Counted from the first letter of the stretch, positions 38,730 through 52,679 are shown. The stretch is 64,000 bases of DNA from Eledone cirrhosa (GCA_964016885.1 OZ024761.1:3224001-3288000), one strand, 5' to 3'. Program-made: numbers and translations. Notes: generated from the letters alone by a model not told the origin.

Positions 38730-38761
38730 GGAACAAGTAAGACCCCGACGGCTGAGCTCAA

Positions 38762-38855
38762 GCCTCGGCGGGATTTGAACTCAGATCGCAAAGGGACGTA
38801 ACTATGCTGCAAAGCATGGCGTCCGACCCTCTACCGATACTGCCAATCCACCGCT
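38762..38855 (-). mobile_element. SINE 5' fragment
   Basis: CCTCGGCGGGATTTGAACTCAG..CCAATCCACCGC. Confidence 0.8.
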
Positions 38856-39230
38856 AAGATAATAATTATTAATTAATGCTATCGTGCAATGCCTGTGCGT
38901 GAAGAATTTTTAAAGTGAGGAAAGACTGTGCACTGAGCCAATCCCACTCTCTGAGCGACAGTAGCTATAACCCGAAATGAAGAAAAGATCAACATCATCG
39001 GTAACTACTGAGCTGCAGGTTTTATGTCGGAGTTAACCCAGTTTCCTGAGTTGCCTTCTAGAAGAATGCCCTGACAAGGGCTAGGGGTCCTTCACTCCCA
39101 GTGATTTAACTGCGCGATCGGGTATCCAGCCCGATTATTTTTCTGTCACCGCGCATATATATACATATGTATAAATGTATATAATATATACATATATATA
39201 CATATATATACATATATATACATACACATG

Positions 39231-39261
<31 letters not shown>

Positions 39262-39614
39262 TTTTGGATGGCCGTTGACTCTTATGAGTTCTTCTGCCCT
39301 TTGTCACGTTTTGTTTTTTGTCTTGCTTCCATATGCATACATACATATATGCATATATATATATACGTACAGCTATACATATATACATATATACGTACAT
39401 ACATACAGACATACAGACATACAGACATATATACATATAGATATACGTACAGACATATATAAATATATACGTACAGACATACAGACAGACATACATACAT
39501 ATATACATACAGATATACGTACAGACATACATATATACGTACATACATACATCCATATATACAGACATACATATATACGTACACACGTATATACATACAT
39601 AGACATACATACAG

Positions 39615-42600
39615 ACATGGTGGTTGCTGCCCCCTCGTTATCGAGTATGGCCATTGCACGAGAAAAAGAAAACATAATAATACCAATAATAATAATAATA
39701 ACAACAATAATAATAACGACGACAACAACAACAACAATAATAATATACATATATATATATATACACACACACGCACACATATAAACATATCTATACACAC
39801 ACACACAAACACACACGATAGCAATTAACAGCGCTGCGATCGAATGTGGCTTTTTAGCCCAGCCAATGATCTAAAATGTCTTGCATAGAGTCGGCAACCA
39901 AAACATTCACTGGGAATAGCCGGCTGTGTTTGGAGTTCATATACTTTTGCATGTCGTTTGAGCCCTCCTGCTGATTTACATTCTCTACCACATGTTTAGC
40001 AAGCATGATGAGTAGCATCTCCAACAGCAGCCTGGTAGTCAACCACTGGTCTTACTTTATGACTGGGAAGATGACTTTCGAGTCCAGCTTTGCTTAGGCA
40101 GAGTCTCGCACAGACGCTGCATGTCAGCACCATAGGAGGACTTTCGCCGTCTGGAAGTACAACAGCAATGCCCTTCCTCACATCCCGCTTTACTTTCTCG
40201 TATGCGATTCGAGATGCCTCAAAGGCAACTTTCCCCTCATATAAGTCTTTCTCCATTTATTACGATCAGTAGCAACATTTTCCCATGTATCAGCAGAGAT
40301 GTTAGCGTCTTTCAAAGAGGCTTTCAAGGAATCCTTATACCTCTTTTTTGGTTTATGTGGCGGTCGTTTTCCTTTAACCAACTCTCCATAAAAGAGTTGT
40401 TTTGGTATTCTAGAATCCTTCATCCTGGCAAGGTGACCACTCCAACGGAGACGTTGCTTAAGCACAAGAGCTTCTATACTGTCACACATAGAGCTTTCCA
40501 AAATCTCGACATCACTGATGTGGTGCCTCCAGTGAACGCCATGGATCCGTCTGAGACACATCTGATGGAAACGCTCCAATTTCTTAAGGTGGTGTCGATA
40601 TGTGACCCAGGTCTCGCAGGCATAAAGAAGAGAAGAGGGCACACATGCCTTGTACACCTTTACCTTTGTCTTCTTGCATATGTCTCGCCGACCCCAGAGT
40701 CGCCTTTCTAGCTTTCCGAAAGCATCACTTGCTTTCCTAATCCTGAGTGGGATTTCATTATCAAGGTTGCTGTATCGATTGACAGTGCTTCCCAGGTAGA
40801 CAAACTGATCAACCACTCCGAGTCGTTTACCATACACATAGATATTTGGTTCAGTGTACTGCTTACCAGGGGCAGGTTGTTACATTACGACGGTTTTCTT
40901 GAGACTGACAGTCAATCCTAGGGCAGTGCAAGCATCAGAAAATACATTCAAAATGTGCTGCATATCACTCTCTGTGTGTGCTACAAGATCGTAATCATCT
41001 GCATACAAGAGGTCTCTTATGATTGATGTAAATACTTTTGTTTTTGCAGCAAAGCGCCTGATGTTAAATATGCTGCCTGAGGTTCGATATCGGATGAAAA
41101 CGCCATGCTCGAAATTCCTAAATGCAATATAGAAAACCATTGCAAAGTATATGGCAAACAGGGTCGGTGCTGGAATATCCCCCTGTTTCACTCCATTTTT
41201 TACTGAGATAGGCTCCGACATATTTCCTCCGACATTAACCCAAGCCTTCATGTCGTCATGGAAAGACTTAACTAAAGCAAGGAACTTATCAGGGAAACCA
41301 AGTTTCTGGAGAACCTTCCATAATGCATTTCTGTTAACAGTATCGAAAGCTTTTGTCAGATCGACAAAAACCTGATACAGATCCAAGCCTTGTTCCATGC
41401 ACTTCTCCTGGAGCTGTCTAGCTGAGAAGATCATATCAGTAGTGCCGCGTCCAGCACGAAAACCAGATTGACTTTCAAGAATAACACAATCTGCAATGTG
41501 TGTCAGCAGACGGTCCAGAAGCACACTACATAAAACTTTCCCTACGACAGAAAGTAATGATATACCTCAGTAGTTCCAACAATCATTCATGTTACCCTTT
41601 CCCTTGTACAAGACCACCATTACTGCATCCCGCCAGTCCTCAGGTACGCATTCATTAGCCCATATCCTGCCAAACAAAGAGTGAAGATGTTGCAGTAGTC
41701 TCTCACCACCATATTGTAGGAGCTCTGCATGTATGCCATCCATACCTGGAGACCTTCCACTGTTCAGCTTCGAGATAGCCACTGCAACCTCCACAAGCGT
41801 CGGAGATTCTGCGAGAGCTTCTTTCACAGGACTTTCTGGAATGAGATTGAGGAAATCTTCATTGACGACAGACGGCTGATTCAAAAGCTCATGAAAGTGC
41901 TCTCGCCACCTTCGTAGAATTCCTTGTGAGTCACGAAAAAGTTCTTTGCCATCCCTGCTGCGAAGCGGTGTCGCCAGAGAAGAAGACGGTCCATAAACTT
42001 CACGCAAGAGATTGTACAACAGCTTTGTGTTATCGGAATCTGACGTAGTTTGTATCTCATCAGCCTTCTCACTCCACCACTGATCCTTCATCTGAGAGAA
42101 ACTCCGCCTATCACGTGATTTCACATCCTTGAGTTCCTTATGCAACATATTCTTCTCCTGTGGTTTTGCCGTCAAGTAGCGTGACAGAGCACGCCTCTTA
42201 TCAGCCAAGAAGTCTTCTATATGTTCATCATTCTCATTAAACTAGTCTTCATGTTTTCTCTGCACCAATCCCAGAACACATCTGCCTACATCATAAACCG
42301 ACTTTTGAAGGGTCGGCCAATCCTTACCAAGATCTACAACCTGCATCTCTTCTTGCAATGTCCTCTTCACATTTTTATCCTTAAGACGAGTAGCATTCAA
42401 TCTTCTGAGCAGGGCAACACCAGGAGCCCGGATTTTACCTTTAGTGATTAGTTTCACTTTTGCGCGTACAAGGCGGTGGTCCGTCCAGCACTCAGCTCCA
42501 CGAAGAGCACGAACACACTGCACATCCTGTCTGTCACGCATCCTGACTAGGACGTAGTCCAAAAGATGCCATTTCTTAGATGCAGGATGCATCCATGTGG

Positions 42601-43290
42601 TCTTAAATTTGTTCTTTTGTTGGAACATGGTGTTGGTAATACACAGATCCAGCTCCTCACACATCTGCAGCAGGAGCATACCAGTGTTGTTACACTTTCC
42701 AACCCCATACCTTCCGATTACATTCCATGTGTTAAAATCCCTACCCACTCTAGCATTAAAGTAACCAAGCACGATGACTTTGTCTGCCTGAGGGATATTT
42801 CTTAAAACACCTTTCAAGGCATGGTAAAACGACACTTTTTCTTCATCGACAAAATTCATAGTTGGAGCATACACACTCACCAGGGACGAATATTTTCCTT
42901 TGTTCAGCGGAATTCTCATGGACATAAGACGCTCACTAATCCCTACTGGGAATTCTTCTAATTTATTCACAAGAACAGTCTTAACAGCAAATGCTACCCC
43001 AGCCTCTCTTCTGGTTCCTTCATATCTTCCTTTCCAGAAGAATGTATATTCTCCACAAAATTCTGTAAGATGACCATCTCCAGCTAACCTCGTCTCAGAT
43101 AAAGCCACGATGTCAAGATCGTAACGGCGAAGCTCCTTTGCAACAAGAGCGGTCCTTCGTTCAGGACGCTCCAAGGAATCCCTGTCAAGCAGCGTCCGTA
43201 CGTTCCAGCAGCCAAGACTAAATGCCTTGTTTGGCTCTATTACAGTGGCACGATGACGAGCGGGCCCAGGCTGTGATAACCTGGGTCCCC
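39615..43290 (-). mobile_element. RTE-clade (BovB-like) LINE, near full length with few disruptions, (TATG)n tail
   Basis: APE GCWNVRTL, LSETR, YAPT, FNAR, LDY, TDH; RT ESQSGFR, DLTKAFD, GVKQG, LYADD, YLGS, LLYACETW; C-terminal CSVC..H..H finger. Confidence 0.93.
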
Positions 43291-43509
43291 TGCCCTTATT
43301 GCCAATTATCTCTTTTGTTCCAGAACCTTTATTGCCAATTATCTCTTTTATATTGTTTTGGAACATCATTAAATTGGGAAAAAAAAAAAGTAATAATAAT
43401 AGTAATGGATGTACATACAGACATACATACGTACATACATACATACAGATATACGTCCATACATACATACATACATACATACATACATACATACATACAT
43501 ACATACATA

Positions 43510-43930
43510 CAGAACTGATTAGAAATCTGCAGATACTCCACCCTGATTACACCTTCAGATTTATGCCTGTGATTATTGGGGCACTGGGATATGTTAGTAA
43601 CTGCCTCAATACAAATCTTGAGAAGCTGGGCTTCACAGGAACAGAAAGAACACAACTAATTAGGAAATTACAAGTACAATCCATTAATGGAACAGTAAAA
43701 ATATGTAAAACATTCCAAAAATGTTGTATCTAATAACTGCATATACACATGTACAGATACAAAGCATATACACATGCACACATACAACTCAAAACATACA
43801 CATCCACACATACAATAACATCCATATCTACACATGCAGACATACATATCTACCTAGTTGATGTTGTGTAAATTCCAATGAGAGAGTCTTGTGTCTATGT
43901 TAGAAACCGCCTCTCTCTCTATTGGTAAAA
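43510..43930 (+). mobile_element. RLE non-LTR retrotransposon 3' end (R4-like) inside (CATA)n
   Basis: ELIRNLQILHPDYTFRFMPVIIGALG..LQ..GTVKICKTF; CATA repeats on both sides. Confidence 0.75.
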
Positions 43931-44521
43931 ATTTGTGAAATTATAAAACCATACATACATACATGGTGGCTGCCAACTCGTTTTCGAGTACAGCCACTAC
44001 TTTATATCCATGTAGGAGAACCCCTACCGATGCGCTGAACGAGTGTGACTTTTTAGTCCAGCCAGCGACTTGAAAACTCTGGTACAAACACTACACCTTT
44101 GACATACATACATACATACATACATACATACATACATACATACATACATACATACATACATACATACATACATACATACATACATACATACATACATACA
44201 TACATCAAAAGCTATGACATATATGGTGGATCGATATTCCTCTAAATTGATGAAAATATTTATGACCTGAAATGATCAAATCCATGTTAATACATGTGGG
44301 AAATTTATTCAATATCTGTCAATCCGTTGCATTTGTCTGGGCGTATTAAGCTTTTCTCACACAGAATTTATAATATCGTTTCCACAACAATATGTCTGGT
44401 GAAATTGGGATATCTCGTCGTTGTTGTTATTGTTGTCGTCGTTGTTGTTGATGTTGTTGTATATGCGGTTACAGATAGCAGGTTCTTGGGCAGGATTGGA
44501 GAATATGAGGGCATAGGACTA

Positions 44522-44845
44522 GATGTGACCTTCTGAAAGGATAAGTTACCATCTAAAAGACTGAGTGTGGCCTTCTGTGAGGATGAGTTACATTCTAAAA
44601 GACTGTGTGACCTTATGAAAGATTTAGTGTGACCTTATGAAAGATTGAGTGTGACCTTATGAAAGACTGAATGTGACCTTCTGAAAGTTTGAGTGTGACC
44701 TTCTGAAAGACTGTGTGTGACCTTCTGAAAAGATGAGTGTGACCTTATGTGAGGCTGAGTTACATTCTAAAAGACTGTGTGACCTTCTGAAAGATTGAGT
44801 GTGACCTTATGAAAGATTGAGTGTGACCTTCTGAAAGACTGAGTG
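44522..44845. repeat. 22-bp minisatellite GTGTGACCTT(A/C)TGAAAGATTGA
   Basis: Unit starts at 44605, 44627 and 44649. Confidence 0.9.
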
Positions 44846-45699
44846 TGTTAGATCGACTGATAGACAGACAGATAGATAGAGAGAGAGAAAGAGAGGGGGG
44901 AGAATGATAACATAATAACGCTATCTTAACTAACATGGAAGGTTGAGAGTGTGAAGTGTTAGTTGAGTCATAGAAGTAGGGAGGGAGAGAAAGAGACAGG
45001 AACAGAGAAGGGGAGAGAGAGAGACAGTGAAAGACAAAGAAACAACGAGAGAGAGAAAAAGAACGAGAGAGAGAAAAAGAGAGAGAGAGAGAGACGGTGA
45101 GAGAGTGAGAGAGACAGAGAGAAACACACAGAGATATAGAGAGAGACAAACAGAAAGAGACAGAAAGTGAGAGACAGAGACAGGCAGAGAGACACACAGA
45201 CAGAAAGAGAGAGTGAGAGAGAAAGAGAGACGGAGAGAGTGAGAGAGACAGAGAGAGTGAGAGAGTGAAAGAGACAGAGAGAGGGAGAGAGAGGGGGGGA
45301 GGGAGAGGGAGAGATGCATGATTGAATACATCCCTTGACAGCCAGTAGGTCATTTGTTATAAAGACATCGTCGAACCATTTACCAAACTGCTGTCACTGA
45401 TAGGTTGTATATTTTATAATATGCTCGTGTAAAATCGATATAATATATGGAGGGACATAATGGCCTAAATATGATTAGTGTGAATTTCATTGGCATACGG
45501 AGTGACTGGTTTATGTTGTAGATGATAGAGATCTTTCGTATAACATCCATCCGAAAATTAATAGTAATAATCATGATTTCTAGCTTAGGCACAATAGAAA
45601 ACGAGCAAGTTAGTATAGTGGTTTATATTAAACCCAAGTAGATGACTGGTAATTATAGAATCGATTCTGGATTGTGATGAAAGGAAAGAATCGCTGGAT

Positions 45700-46045
45700 A
45701 GATTTTACAGGCAAGACCAACCAGCAGGAGACCCATGGATAGACCCCTGCGTAGCTCGGTGATTAGAAAGTCACTCCAGGTAGAGCCGCTACTTCTTCAA
45801 ACTGAGAGATCACAGCTCCCATACTATGGACATGTGGTTAGAATGTCTCAGGAAAGAATTGCTGGACTGGACAGATTTTAAGGGGTAAACCAACTGGCAG
45901 GAGACTCAGGGGTAGACCCCGAGCAAGATGGTTGGATAACATCCATGAGCTTGGCTGGTTTCGCTTGGGGATCCAGCCAGATCAGTTGGAGATGGTTGCT
46001 TCTGACAGGACCCACTGGAAGGAGTGTTTGAGGACTCTGCCCCCC
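45700..46045 (+). mobile_element. RTE/RTEX LINE 3' fragment
   Basis: LRWYGH-like and GRP..RWLDNI..W motifs, degenerate. Confidence 0.6.
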
Positions 46046-46059
46046 CCCCCCCCCAAAAA

Positions 46060-46275
46060 AAAAACAAGGCCAGCAATTTTGGGGGAGGGAGGAAAGTCGA
46101 TTAAATCGACCCCAGTGCGTGACTGGTACTTTATTTTATCGACCCCCGTAAGGATGAAAAGCAAAACTAAGCTCGGCCAGATTTAAACTCACATCGTAAA
46201 GGGCCGTATCTCCATGCCACTAAGCATAGAGATACGGCCAACACTCCACCCATTACTACACCAATCCACCGCCTT
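46060..46275 (-). mobile_element. SINE copy, longer 3' variant
   Basis: Core CTGGTACTTTATTTTATCGACCCC..GGATGAAA. Confidence 0.75.
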
Positions 46276-46498
46276 TAACGTGATTATATTCCCAAGAGCT
46301 GTGTAACAATTCAACTTTACCCTAACTCCCCCTATATTTTCTAGGTGTCTTCTAAGTAAGGAGCGGTAAGGTAATAGATGCATAGCAACTCTCTCTGTCA
46401 AACTGGATGAATTTTGTGTCTCGTTTGTCCTCCATATTAATGAACCATGAGATTACTTCCTGGGTGCTGACCCATAGGCTAAGTCTCACGTTTTGCTA

Positions 46499-46570
<72 letters not shown>

Positions 46571-46573
<3 letters not shown>

Positions 46574-46980
46574 GATATTAAATAAATGGAAACTATATTT
46601 ATAAAACCATATTTATTTCATTATATATATTTCAGGGATATCATATTAACAATATGCTATGCCTTCCTCAGACAAAATACAATATAGACAGTTTTATACT
46701 GCCAAATCAACTTTTCAAATACAAGTTGATGTTGAACGGTATGTCAAATCTATTTATCTATAAAACTGTCTATATTGTATATTGTATTTTGTCTGAGGAA
46801 GGCATAGCATATTGTTAATATGATATCCCTGAAATATATATAATGAAATAAATATGGTTTTATAAATATAGTTTCCATTTATTTAATATCGTAAATATAC
46901 TCCAAATACTTGTCGAGTGCTTTTATATCAGTTATAAATATTTACTAGTTGTAACCCAACAATTTAAATATAACTTTCCA
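46571..46980. mobile_element. Non-autonomous fold-back element, family F copy 2, with an HHR on each strand (- 46614-46679, + 46785-46850)
   Basis: Inverted repeat 46571-46893; TATTTTGT-CTGAGGA-AGGCATAGCATATT gtt AATATGATATCCCT-GAAA-TATATA-TA-ATGAAATA; (TA)n flanks. Confidence 0.82.
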
Positions 46981-47029
46981 TATATATATATATATATATA
47001 TATATGATATATATATATGATATATATAT

Positions 47030-47712
47030 ATTCTAGGGCGGGTAAAATTCCCGAGATCCATGGACGAGTTCTCTCCAGCGGTCTCTGTCCCTCATTATCG
47101 CTGCCATGTCCTGCGTCTCCAACAGACCAGTGTCTGTCCTTAGGGCATCAACATACGTTAACCTTGGTCTTCCTCTTCCAGTGTGTCCATGTAGGGGCTC
47201 CCACAGGAGCACTGAGTGCAATGTCAACTCTGGATGTCGGTGAGCATGTCCAGCTAACCTCAGTCTCCCTCTGTGTCATTTTGAGCTGACTTTTGGGAGG
47301 CTCCCATACAGCTCTGAGTTTTTCATCCTCAGTGTATACTGATTAATATTCAGAGCCATCCTCAGCATTCTCGTGTAGCACCCATCCACCATCTGAGTGA
47401 GTTTCTTGGACACTGTCCAAGTCTCAGACCCATACAGCAGCACAGACTCCACTACAGCAATGAAGAGGCGGATTTTCAGGTCTCTACGAAGGTCCGACTT
47501 CCACACCGATCTCAAGCTGTAGCACGCCGCCCCGGCTTTGCTCTTCCTCTCAACCACATCATCTTCTGTATTCCCAATCTTTGCTCCCAAATACAGGAAG
47601 TCCTCCACCAAGTCTAGCGGCTTCCCGCCTACATTAGTGATCCCCTCTGGCTTCCCAACATTCTCTACCAGATATTTTGTTTTCGTCTCATTCATTCTCA
47701 TCCCAACACTCA
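47030..47712 (-). mobile_element. RTE-group LINE RT C-terminal fragment
   Basis: FLYLG..ESVLLYGSETW..RMLRMALNI; GRGRPRLTYVD..DRDRWR. Confidence 0.85.
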
Positions 47713-48040
47713 TATATGTATATATATACATATGATATATACATATATATGATATATATACATATATATACATATGATATATATATATACATATGATATA
47801 TATATATACATATGATATATATATATACATATGATATATATATATACATATGATATATATATATACATATGATATATATATATACATATGATATATATAT
47901 ACATATGATATATATATATACAAATGATATATATATATATATATATACATATGATATATATATACATATGATATATATACATATGATATATATATATATA
48001 CATATGATATATATATATACATATGATATATATATACATA

Positions 48041-48086
<46 letters not shown>

Positions 48087-48243
48087 TATATATATATATA
48101 TATATATATATGATATGATATATATATATATATGATATATATAGATATCTCTATATGATATATATATATATATATATATATGATATATATATATAAATAT
48201 GATATATATATATATATATATATATGATATATATATATAAATA

Positions 48244-48280
<37 letters not shown>

Positions 48281-48454
48281 ATATATAGATATCTCTATAT
48301 GATATATATATATATATATATATGATATATATAGATATCTCTATATGATATATATATATATATATATATGATATATATAGATATCTCTATATGATATATA
48401 TATATATATATACGATATATATAGATATCTATATATGATATATATATATACATA

Positions 48455-48488
<34 letters not shown>
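47712..48488. repeat. (TA)n-based array with CATATGA and GATATCTC units
   Basis: Direct inspection. Confidence 0.9.
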
Positions 48489-48490
<2 letters not shown>

Positions 48491-48561
48491 TCAAGAGCGT
48501 GAAACTAATAAACCTTTGTTCGTACTGCCTCTCTGTTTTGTTCCCGTTCAATATTTTTTTG

Positions 48562-48600
<39 letters not shown>

Positions 48601-48698
48601 AAATGAAGTAATTCCGTCGGAAAGGTACAGGAAAAAAGAGTGCTCTATGTAGGCTACAGAGCTTATTAGTTATGCAATAAACAACATAAGATAATTAT

Positions 48699-48756
48699 TT
48701 CATTTACCAGTGGTTTCTTGAAAGCAGATACATCTGTTTTCAGTCGTCAGAATGAA
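48699..48756 (-). ncRNA. Type-I hammerhead ribozyme motif in a solo PLE-type pseudo-LTR
   Basis: TTCATT-CTGACGA-C-TGAAAACAGAT gt ATCTGCTTTCA-A-GAAA-CCACTGG-TA-AATGAA. Confidence 0.78.
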
Positions 48757-49167
48757 TAAAACATGGTGTTTTTTTATTAAATATGGATTTGAAAACAAAA
48801 TATAAGAAATATGAACGTGAGGCTGAGGAAACAATGGGCGAAGAAGAAGAAGAGAAAAAAATTAAAAAAGAAAAATACATATGTATATATAAAAACAATA
48901 AATATATAAACATACGCACACTCAACCACGCGCATATACTTAAAAAGTACGTAGACGTATACTTTGTTACATAAGCGTATATGTATCTACAGGCATGGAC
49001 AAAATACATAAATATACATACACATGAAGTAATAAGAATAAATAAATAAATGAATAAGAACAAAAAATACGAAGTCAAAAATAAAAGATATGTGAGAGGA
49101 GGGGGAAAATAAAAACAATTAAAAATAAACAAATACACGAGGTGGGCATATACATAAATATATAATA

Positions 49168-49210
<43 letters not shown>

Positions 49211-49318
49211 ACACACATACATACACACGCACACACACACAAAAAAACATGCACAAATACTCATACACACGTATAAAAACACATACACAGATGTATGTGT
49301 ATATACATATATATATAT

Positions 49319-49364
<46 letters not shown>

Positions 49365-49439
49365 GAGAGTGAGAGCAATATTCAATTCCGTGGGATTGAT
49401 ACCAGTGAGCTGGGACACCTACTTAAACTTACCTATACA

Positions 49440-50902
49440 ATGATTATCTAGATATGTATGACCTTAGCAACCTGTGCCCTACAAGACCAGCATGAGGCAG
49501 ACCACCTACCATTACCTCAATGGCCAAGAAAACCCACACAGAAAGATGGAACGGGTGGACCAGAGCCATACGGACCCCGAAAACCACGATGAACTAAAGA
49601 AAATGATTGCACATGCGGTGGGGTCCAGTATAAAACTAACCCTTAAGGAACATATGTTCAAATTTAATGGAAAAACATATGCCCAAGAGGAAGGAGCAGC
49701 CATTGGTGTTAGCATTGCAGGTGACATAGCTAACCTATTTATGGTATGGTGGGACAATAAACTTAAACTTAAACTTAAAGAACAATTAGAAGACAGCAAC
49801 CTCTTAACCCTGATAATGTACTCCCGCTATGTTGATGATATAAACATCGTAGTAAATACACACCCACTAGAGAACAGTCAGGAATTAGAGAAAAACACAA
49901 TGGAAAGCATCCAGCAAATAGCTAACTCCATCCACCAGAGTATTAGAGTTACTATAGACTACCCAAGCAAACACCCCAACCATCGATTACCTGTACTAGA
50001 CACAGAGCTCTGGTTAGAATCCATTAATAACAAAAAACAAATCCTCCATTCCCATTATGTCAAACCCATGACTTCCAAATACCTGATCCACCGAAACTCA
50101 GCTGTTTCGAATCACACCAAAATCAACATACTGATTGCGGATTTGGTACGTGTGATGAGAAACGTGTCCCGCATGAGCAACCCCAAAGAACTACAGAGAC
50201 ACATACAACACTTCATCCATCGTATGCAGTTCTCTGGTTACAATCAGAGAGATAAAATCAGAGTGTATAGAGGTGCCAGAACCAAATGGGAAAAAATGGT
50301 AAATAATGATTCAAATGGACCTGCCCCTTGTATAGGAGCAAATTTTGGAATAGAATAGAAAGAACTAGGAGTAAGGTTAATAAAATAAACTCATGGTATG
50401 ATAACAATGTGAATTAGCTTACAAATTTAGAAGGGCCCTAGATAAACATAAACTTAATATTAAGATAGTAGAAATCCAGGTACCTCCATAAAAACACTTA
50501 TTAGTAATACATACGCTCTTCAAAGACCTCCCTGTATAGATAAGAAATGCATAATCTGTAAACTAAGCCCCCATATTAACTGTAAAACTAGAAATGTAGT
50601 ATATAGCATAAGATGTACTGAAGGACAATGTAAAGATAAGAATATAGTGTACATAGGTGAGACAGCTCATAGTATAGGAGAACGGTTAAATGAACACTGG
50701 CGAGAACTTCAAGATAGAAAAGAATCATCAATACTCCACCAACATGCTAAAATAGAACATAAGAGCAAATTAGAGAACATAGAAATAAAAATAGAATCTA
50801 GACACAGAAAAGACGCAATGTTTAGACAAATCACAGAAGCAATAAACATAAATGAACTCCAACCAAAATTAAATAGAAAACATGAATGGAATAGCAACAT
50901 TT
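49440..50902 (+). mobile_element. Penelope/Poseidon-like element, partial RT plus GIY-YIG
   Basis: FKFNGKTYAQEEGAAIG..YSRYVDD..LPVLD..YVKP; YIGETAHSIGERLNEH. Confidence 0.9.
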
Positions 50903-51285
50903 CCTTTTTCCGTTTATCGTTTTCGGTGCACCCGGCCAATTAACCCACTCGATATGCAAATTTGGCTACTCAGCCGTTAATATGCATAAGGAAAGTATAT
51001 ACTTTCGGACGTTCAACTATCTGGCAGGAAGGTATACGTTGCTGACGATAGCTAACAAGCTTGAAGCTAGTACAGCGTTCCTTTGTCAGTGTTGAACAAA
51101 CGAGCAACGGTGGTTGCTAGACACTACGACTTAATACGGGATGTTTGTTTACAAACACACCAAGCATTATAATAAATGTTTGGTGAATCCATACGTACAT
51201 ATATATATGTGTGTGCATGTATGTATATATATATATACATACTATTGTACGTCTGTATACATATGTGTATGTACGTATACATACT

Positions 51286-51340
<55 letters not shown>

Positions 51341-51357
51341 AATATTATATATATATA

Positions 51358-52538
51358 ATAATAATAATAATAATGAAAATATTGTATACACTGCTCAGGT
51401 GCACTACAACTCATCAAAAGTGTATGTATAGTAAATAGGGTAATGTACAAACGTCAGGAAAATGAACAGAGCATGAGTCATGATATACACATGTGTGCAT
51501 GTGTATGGAAGAGGGACATCGGGTGTAGTGTTGGCGAATTTCGGGAAGCATGACGGTTTTAAAGGATGCAGTGTCTCGGCAGCTAACAACTGACACAGGT
51601 AGTTTGTTCCATGCTGTGAAAAAATGTTTCCGAAAGTCATGGGAGCTGTGCTATTTTCTGACTATGTAGACAAGCCCACGTGTGTTAGACACATGGAGAT
51701 CAAAGAGGTGCTCAGGGTTGTTGTTGGCGAAATCGTTAATAACTTTGTGGGTGTTTACCAAGTCCATTTCCAGACGTCGGAACTTCAATGAATCCATGCC
51801 CAGGGAAACAAGGCGTTCAGAGTATGGTAGGTGTCTGATGGAGGGTATGCGCTTGGTTGCACATCTCTGAACAGTTTCCAGGAGGTCAATGTTCTGAGCA
51901 AGATAGGGGTTCCAGACTGATGATGCGAATTCCAAGTGTGGTCGTACCATAGCTGTATACAGCTTTAAATAGATGGCTGGAGAACGGATAACAAAGGTCT
52001 TGCTGAGTGATGCCAAGACACCCTCGGCCTTCTTGACAATTTTAGAGATGTGCTTTGTCCAACGCAAATCGCTGCTGACAGTAATGCCCAGGTCACGTTC
52101 ACAAGAGGACTTCTTGATATCAGTGTTGTGGAGGCAGTATGTGGACGCTGGATTTTTCCTCGCAAAATGCATGGTGGTACACTTGTCCACAGCCAGCTTC
52201 AGTTGCCAGTCTGTGATCCATTGCTGCATTATGTCCAGGTCTGATTGTAGGAAAGTGTTATAGATTTCAGGATCTCTCCTTTTGATTTCAAGGTACAGCT
52301 TGATGACATCTGCATATTTCAGTACTGTGGCATTCTTTAAGTTGGCATCTATGTCATTAATGTTTGCAACAAACAAAAGGGGGCCAAGAACAGATCCCTG
52401 TGATACACCAAATGACATCTCATATGGTGAAGAATGCTCTCCTAGAACCGTGACTATCTCCCTTCGACTGAGAATGAAAGATTTCAACCAGTTAAAAAGA
52501 TCATCCTTCACACCCATTGCAGAGAGTTTCGCCATAAG
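51358..52538 (-). mobile_element. CR1/L2-group LINE, 5'-truncated RT with (TTA)n tail
   Basis: GVSQGSVLGPLLF, YADVIK, LQSDLD, ERDLG, VRPHLEFASSVWNP, LETVQR. Confidence 0.92.
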
Positions 52539-52603
52539 TCTTTTGTGTTCGGACCTGGTGTGCAGCGTCAGTTACGCTGCACACCAGGTCCGAACACAGA
52601 AGA
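52539..52603. repeat. 30-bp-stem hairpin at the CR1/CRE junction
   Basis: TCTTTTGTGTTCGGACCTGGTGTGCAGCGT cagtt ACGCTGCACACCAGGTCCGAACACAGAAGA. Confidence 0.9.
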
Positions 52604-52679
52604 GCCGAACTTCCACTGTCATTACCTCCATCTCTCTCGCCCTCCCCATCTCTCCGTATGGTAAGCAAATGGGGTCCCA

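Noticed and set aside
38880-39145. Possible LINE 5' UTR fragment on the minus strand
   Set aside because: Only a vague resemblance and no adjoining ORF motifs
50905-51130. snRNA-type promoter (octamer ATGCAAAT near 50953)
   Set aside because: A single 8-mer with no recognisable snRNA or proximal element; expected by chance
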